Positions 58,274-64,000 of a stretch of 64,000 nucleotides of DNA are shown here, in pieces. Both the position numbers and the translations under genes were made by a program. Source of the stretch: Amoebophrya sp. A120 (taxonomy: Eukaryota > Protista > Dinoflagellata); contig CAJINV010000004.1 in the NCBI GenBank assembly GCA_905178155.1, positions 10,399,655-10,463,654 of the forward strand. The letters run 5' to 3'. Position 1 is the first letter of the stretch, and each line of letters begins with the position of its first letter. Under the pieces are notes generated by a model, which saw only the letters and a list, made by a program, of their open reading frames with translations, was not told the origin of the DNA and did no database searches.

Positions 58274-61258
58274 TCAATCCACCAGCTCCCCGGTCAGCAA
58301 GTACGGTTTCGCTTTGTTCTTTGCCCCGGGAAACAAACTGTTTACCGGCAGCTCCAAATCCGTAATTCGTATCCTGCGCGACCCCGCTTTCCGACTGTTT
58401 GGGAGAATCTCCAGGTAGACGGCACTTCTACTAGTAGCCGCTGCTACTTTCGGATCCTCCGAAGATGCTGTTGATGCCATTTGGAACAACCCTTTCAAAC
58501 TGCCCCCTCCGAGCTTGATCAGAACCTTCTCCAGCATGTCCGCGCTCAAGGGGACGGAGAGCTGCTTTTCCCCCAGTTGCCATTTCACGTCGTCCTGGTT
58601 TTCGATCTCCAGATAGGGCCCCGGCTGCCAAGTGACGGACTCAAGCACTTTCTCGTTGCTGAACGTCAACACCTCATCCTCGATCTGGAACTGCCCAAAA
58701 CCGATTATCCTGAGTAAAAACGTACCCACACCAGAGTCGTAGTGCAAATCTGCATGCTGAAAATGTTTCTCATGCGGAGCCCCATGAGAAGCATTTTCTA
58801 GTCGTGTTTTGCAATTTGTCATGCTCCAATCAGCATGGTATGCTAGATCTGTGATGCTGCTGAGCTAGCTCAAACAGCACTACACTACGAGTCCAAATTT
58901 GTCATGCAAAACAGCCAAAACTTGTGGATTTGTCTAGCCGATCTCCCATCTTGACTATGGGGTGGGTACGTTTTTACTCAGGATACCGATGCGAAAGGAG
59001 TTATTTTTGGAGTTGCTAGCGTCTTGCTTCTTCCTCGAGGTGGACTTGCCTGTCGAACTACTTCGGCCCCTCGGGCTCGTGCTGCCGTCGGGGGAGACGT
59101 CTGTGTTTGGATGTGATCATGGGAAGAAGATCTTTGTTTAGTTCTATAACCATCTGGGGCATAAATCAGATTCAGAATAGGGTCAGATGACCACGTCCCG
59201 CTGGCCGATTCCACGAGGACCAGGCTTGATGGAAGAACTACTTCCGTTTGCAAAAAGCCGAAGAGCCAGCACTAGTTGTACACTACATCTTCAATAAAGC
59301 AGTAAATTCATACCTTGCATTCTTGAAGGGTGAAACGCCGTGTCTTTGTGCAAGGCCTTGACCAACCAGCACTCGCCAAATTCGTTTACCTCCCAGCCCA
59401 CCAAAAGCAGTTCGTGCAGGCCACCGATTCGCCCGGCGTCAAACGGGTGCTTGGTTCGTTCCGCGAACTGCCCGTCCAAGTAGAAGGACGTGGACACCAC
59501 GGGTCCGTTGGTCATAATCTCTTTCTTGATTTCGCTCCGCCCATGAAGTCTTCTCGCCCCGCCAAACGGCCGGAGCAGATCCTCCACGCTGTCGCCCGTC
59601 CACATGTCGAGCACGTTAAATTGCTTCGGCAGGTTCCTGTCCTTCAGCGAACTTGCCTTCGTGAAGGGCAGCCCAATGGGTCTGCCGTGCGTAATCGCGC
59701 CCCGAAGGTTGATTAACTGGAGCGTGAGATGCCAGTGCACGTCGGTACTAGAGGGGGGTTGGTCTTCCTGCTGTCCGGTCGAGGGGTTAAAACTTGCGGA
59801 GCCGAAGTTTTGGTTTGTTGTTCCCCCGAAAGGATTCTTTTTATCCGGCGTGCCCTGCTGTCCGTTATTTCCTGTAGTTGCCCGTCCGGGCTTCTTGCCG
59901 AACAGATTGCTCGCACTGGCGCTGCTGCCGGTTGCAGTAGAATTATTTCCGAAAATATTCCCGCCGCCACTGCCATTCGTTGCAGAAGTCCCGTTGCCGC
60001 CAAACACGCTTGGGCCCCCGCCGCCGAAGTTACTCGCGTTTCCAAACACGCCCTCGCCGTCGCCAAAAATGCCTTTGCCGGTGTTGTTGGCGTTCCCCGG
60101 CTGCGGAAAGTTTGCATTTCCGAAAACCGGCGGGGCTGGGTGTTGACTGTTCGGAGGTGCTTCGAAATTTTGCGGAAAACCGCCGCCCCCAAAAACCGGA
60201 GGGGGAGGGCCCGCTCCACTGCCGAATGTGCTTGCGCTGGCTCCTGTAGACCTGCTTCCCCCTGTTGTCCCATTGGTGGAAGTAGAAAATCCGCCACCAA
60301 AGCTGAACGTGCCGAAATTGGTATCACCAGGTGAACAACTGGGATTGGTACCTCCATTTGTGGTTTGCTTGCTTGAAGACGTTCTTGTATCTTGCTTGCC
60401 GTTATTCCCGGTCGTCGCATTTTTGTCCTTGTTTGGCGTAGTAGTCCAGCTCGTCGACGAAGATGCGAACTCACTTGCCTTCTGGTCGTAGTTTGCGCTG
60501 ACCAAGTCACCCTTCCGGCCCATCTTTTCCAGCGCCGTCAGTTCCCCGTCGTTTTTTTGTAGCCAGGGCCAGTTTTCGTAGATGTTGAAGGCGGAGGGGA
60601 ATTGCTCCCGCTTCTCCTCCCGCGTTTTGTTCGCATAGGAGGAGGAATAATCCGTAGCTCCCGCCGATCTTTCTTCCTGCGCGCCGGTTCTAGTTGCACC
60701 CGTAGAAGTAGATGCGGAACTACTACCTTGATTCCCGGTTCTCCCACTCGGATCCACCGTCGGCGCCCGGTCGAAGGAGGAACTGGAGGTCGCCCCGGTC
60801 GCCGCCCCCGTTCTGCCCTGCGGAAAGAAAGAACCGCCGTTCGCACTGGCTGTTCCACCGGCATGGTACGCGGACGGTTTTCTCTCCCGACCCCAGTTGA
60901 TGTTTTTTTCGTTCAACGACGCGTACAGATTTTTCGCCTTCTGAAACACCTCCGTGGAGAGGGAAACGTTACTGTCCCCCTGGTGCTTGTCGGGGTGCAT
61001 GCGCAGGAGAAACGCTTTCCAGCTCTGGTCCCGCACCAGCTTTCCGTTGAAACTGAAAAACGGGTCCTCTTCCAGTTCCGGCGTGGTGATCTTCAACAGT
61101 TCGAAGAAAGCGACCGCATCCGACGGGTAGCTGGTCAGCTTGGACAACACGCGCTCCGCCTGGCGGAGGGTCAAATCCTTGAACACGTCTTGCTGGTGGT
61201 TGTTGCCATTCGATGTGGTGGTCCCGTTGGGACCCGCGCTCCCGCCGCGGGCTGCCAT
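58274..61258 (-). CDS. J-domain-like + FG/GN-rich linker + degenerate papain-like (C1A) domain protein; GT-AG intron 59101-59313 and 1 introner
   Basis: LRMHPDKH...EVFQK; many FG/VFG repeats; EIKKEIMTNGPVV...HELLLVGW...WLVK...FRI|GFGQFQIE. Confidence 0.7.
58706..58985. mobile_element. Introner family B
   Basis: TSD CCGAT; close relative of 29603-29882. Confidence 0.92.
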
Positions 61259-62586
61259 GATGATTTTTTGATAAAAGGATGAAATGAATACGTGGATTTC
61301 TAAAATTTGCGTCTGATTCGATCTACTACGGCTTTCTAACTCGAGCTTCTAAATAACTACTCTACTGTCATATGTAATGTCGCTACTGTGATATGAAAAT
61401 TGAAAATTTCTCTTGTGCGATTCTTTACGCGCAAAACGGAATTTTTGGTAATTGCGAAGATAGAGATCGATTTACATGTGTTACTTCTCCTTGTGAATAG
61501 GAGCCACGAAAAGCCAAAGTCAGATCAGACGTTTCTTCACGCTCTGTGCCGGTCAAGAACTTGCGAGACCAGCGCAGGCGCTAAAGTAAAGTAGGTAAGG
61601 AATTTGTGTGAGATCATCATTCTTTGGCCGTGGTAAGTAGGAACTTGTTCAACCGGAACGGGCAAGAAAGGCGATGAAAGACAAGAACAATGAGCTCTTC
61701 GTCCCTTCCTAGATCTTTAATTATGTCGCAAAGAGGATGATCTCCGCTCGGACCTAGGGGACTTTTACACGGATCTTAGTTTTACAAGTGCTCCGATGAT
61801 CATCAAACCTTTACTTATGTCTGACCTTTACTGCTTCTGTATTACGTACGATCCTCTTCAATTCGTTTCGACCAATGCTGGCGCTTCGTCCCACTTCACC
61901 GTCGAATGTGCGCTCGTGGAACTCCATACATTTTTGATCCATCCTGTTGACTCCCGTTTCCGTGGAGAAAAGCCTTGCGATCAGAGAATCGCCGCAAATA
62001 GTTAGGGTTCATCTTTAGCATTTTCATTTTCAGCATTCTGCACACACGTGAAAATTTTCGGGTTCGTCTAAACCTCAAATATCAAGTTGTCAATAAATGC
62101 CATTCGCTGTCTTCGGTCGCTACTGCTCAGGCATCGCTTGCAACAATAATTTTGAAAGTTCATTTTCCTTCTGGCTATCCTGGCGCATGTTGCATTGATT
62201 TTAGTCGCGATAGGCTGCTCTACATACTGATAGCATAAGTATTTTTAAATCAAGGCTACATTAAGTTGAAAGAAGTCATCTAGACGTCAAGACAAGGTCT
62301 GAGACGTCGGGAAAAAAAGATAGAGCCAAAAAACGCATCTGGACATAGTAATGGTTTTTGGGCTTCGGAAGTCGATAAGGCAGAAGTACATTCCTAGGGA
62401 CAATAGTGGTAACTACAGCGTCGCGGCGTTTTTCGGAAACAGCAATCAATGCGAATAGAACTAGAGCCCAAAAGAACATTGAAAATCGAGTATTCAGGAG
62501 CAATTTGAAATACATTCGTTGTCGTTGTGGCCGTCGCTCGCCGGTCGAACAAAATAAAAGCCGACATTTTCAAAGAAAAACCCTTT

Positions 62587-63906
62587 TCATTTCGTCTTTT
62601 CCGCGACGACAAAGAGCACCAACAGCCGCCCCTTGCAGCGGTCCGGCGTGGCCCGGCCCTCGGCGGTCAACACGAGTCGCTTGTTTCTTCTGTCGACATG
62701 CAGGTCCTCCGAAAAGTCGTGCACTTTGACCGAGTCGAAGCCTCCCATCATGGTCCACTCCGACCCGTACGTGTCCGACCCCCCGATGAACGGCGCGCCG
62801 CCCACGATGATCTTCTGCGCGAGGTAGGACCGGGAGCAGCCGTCGTGGAACACGACGGACTTCGGGGCGGACAATGAGCCGATCTGCCGCATCAGCGCCT
62901 TGCCGTCGTTGGGGGATAAATACATCATCAACCCCTCCAAAAGCCACACGGTCGGGACGGTTTTGTCGAAACCCTTGCTGACGAGGTCCTGGACCCACTT
63001 GTTTTTCTCGGAAAATTCCGTCGCCACCACCTCCCGCTTCTTGAACAGCATCGGCCACACCTTCGCGGGGTTCCCGCTGTACCCGTCGAGTTGCGGTTTT
63101 TCCAGAATGGGTTCCTTCACGTCGAAGGTGGTCTGCTGGTCCACCTCAAATACGGTCAAGTCCTCCAGCCCCTCCATGCGGTACGCCCGGGAGTCCATGC
63201 CCGCGCCGAGCAACACCAACTGCCTCGCGCCGTGGTTTATCAAATGTAAAAATGTCTGGGTCTGGAAGAACGCAACTTGTCATGCTAAATCTGAAGCATG
63301 CAAAAATCTGTGTTGCATGATTACCAAAAGTCGTCCAGTTTTGACCAAGTCGTATCGTATCGCTTTGACCTTTGACTCCTGTCAGGGCGGCGTTAGAACA
63401 GATTTAGCCTCTGCCAATACCGTGGCGTTAGAAGTCGGGAGGGAGTTTCTCATGCAGAATATGCATGAGAGAGATCGCACAGAATCTGTCATGCTAGGAC
63501 CTGCATTCCAGATCCAGACCTCATGGGTCATGGAAAAGCTGTATGACAAATCGCGCACTCCGCCAGACCCAGACACTTTTGCATTTGATATGGTTGTGGT
63601 ACCGGTCGATGAGCAGGTCGTCGCCGAACTTGGTCCGGGGCACCAAGATCCACGCCCCCATCGGCTGGCGGCGGCCAGAACTGCCGGCCAGCGCGTAGGC
63701 GGTCGGGTCCTCGAACAGCTTATCCGGGCGGCCGGACTCCTCCCACCGACTTCCCGCGCACATGCGGCCGGTGAAGGAGTGGGGCGTCTCTATCCAACAA
63801 AACAGTGTTTTACGTTAACGGTTTTCATAGGTTTTTGTCAACCGAATTTTCACGGTGTGAAGACAATCAACGACGAAGAAACGCGGGCGGTGTGAACACT
63901 GGCCAT
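62587..63906 (-). CDS. SAM-dependent methyltransferase, LCM/TIGR00027-like family (1 introner; first exon uncertain)
   Basis: LFEDPTAYALAG...RTKFGDD...YHNH|GARQLVLLGAGMDSRAYR, VFEVDQ, WLLEGLMMYL. Confidence 0.88.
63238..63590. mobile_element. Introner family A with nested 79-bp insertion
   Basis: TSD TGGTT; relative of 31418-31678. Confidence 0.92.
63353..63431 (-). mobile_element. Nested short insertion with 6-bp TSD and (CGATA)n-like tail
   Basis: AAGTCG at 63347-63352 and 63432-63437; TCGTATCGTATCG at left end. Confidence 0.55.
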
Positions 63907-64000
63907 CTTGCATGTCAAGCAGAATCTAGGTGGGATTCAGTGTTTCTTAGTCGCAATCAATCTATGGTGACTATCGTCGCAGCCTGTGGGGAAAAGTTTA

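Noticed and set aside
3964-63590. Recurrent peptides such as SNVKMSGSGR, CKNVWVWK, FQTQTFLHLI and LPDPDIF in many ORFs as a protein family
   Set aside because: They are translations of the family A TIR in different frames, not real protein motifs
1-64000. Autonomous transposase, tRNA/rRNA or dinoflagellate spliced-leader sequence
   Set aside because: None recognised by eye; a covariance-model or HMM search would be needed to exclude them

Overview
This is eukaryotic (protist) genomic DNA. By inference it is a syndinian dinoflagellate of the Amoebophrya type: all host genes are co-oriented on the minus strand, many proteins carry low-complexity inserts, and exons are interrupted by inverted-repeat 'introner' elements. 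About 12 host genes can be reconstructed: Cys-rich secreted proteins, a coiled-coil/MATH-like protein, a ubiquitin-like-domain protein, an OSCA/CSC1-like channel, msrA, a SET methyltransferase, a RING protein, a J-domain/FG/papain-like fusion, a SAM methyltransferase and hypotheticals. The dominant signal is 31 short elements (145-974 bp, about 8.5 kb in total) from at least 7 TIR families. Nearly all run 5'-TAT...ATA-3', are flanked by a 5-bp target-site duplication (TSD; perfect in 25 of the 30 with clear boundaries), share an internal YTGT(C/G/A)ATGC motif, and lie inside coding sequence. By hand, removing element + one TSD copy restored the reading frame in all 30 clearly bounded cases, although only one can be read as GT-AG and the same subfamily occurs in both orientations. 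Ordinary GT-AG introns co-exist in the same genes. Also present: three secondary insertions nested inside introners, a 1.5-kb TA-flanked TIR element rich in (GAAC)n, a 1.8-kb insert between perfect 40-bp direct repeats, a palindrome array, and a 51-58 kb mosaic of local duplications with captured gene fragments. All coordinates were read manually and may be off by a few bases.
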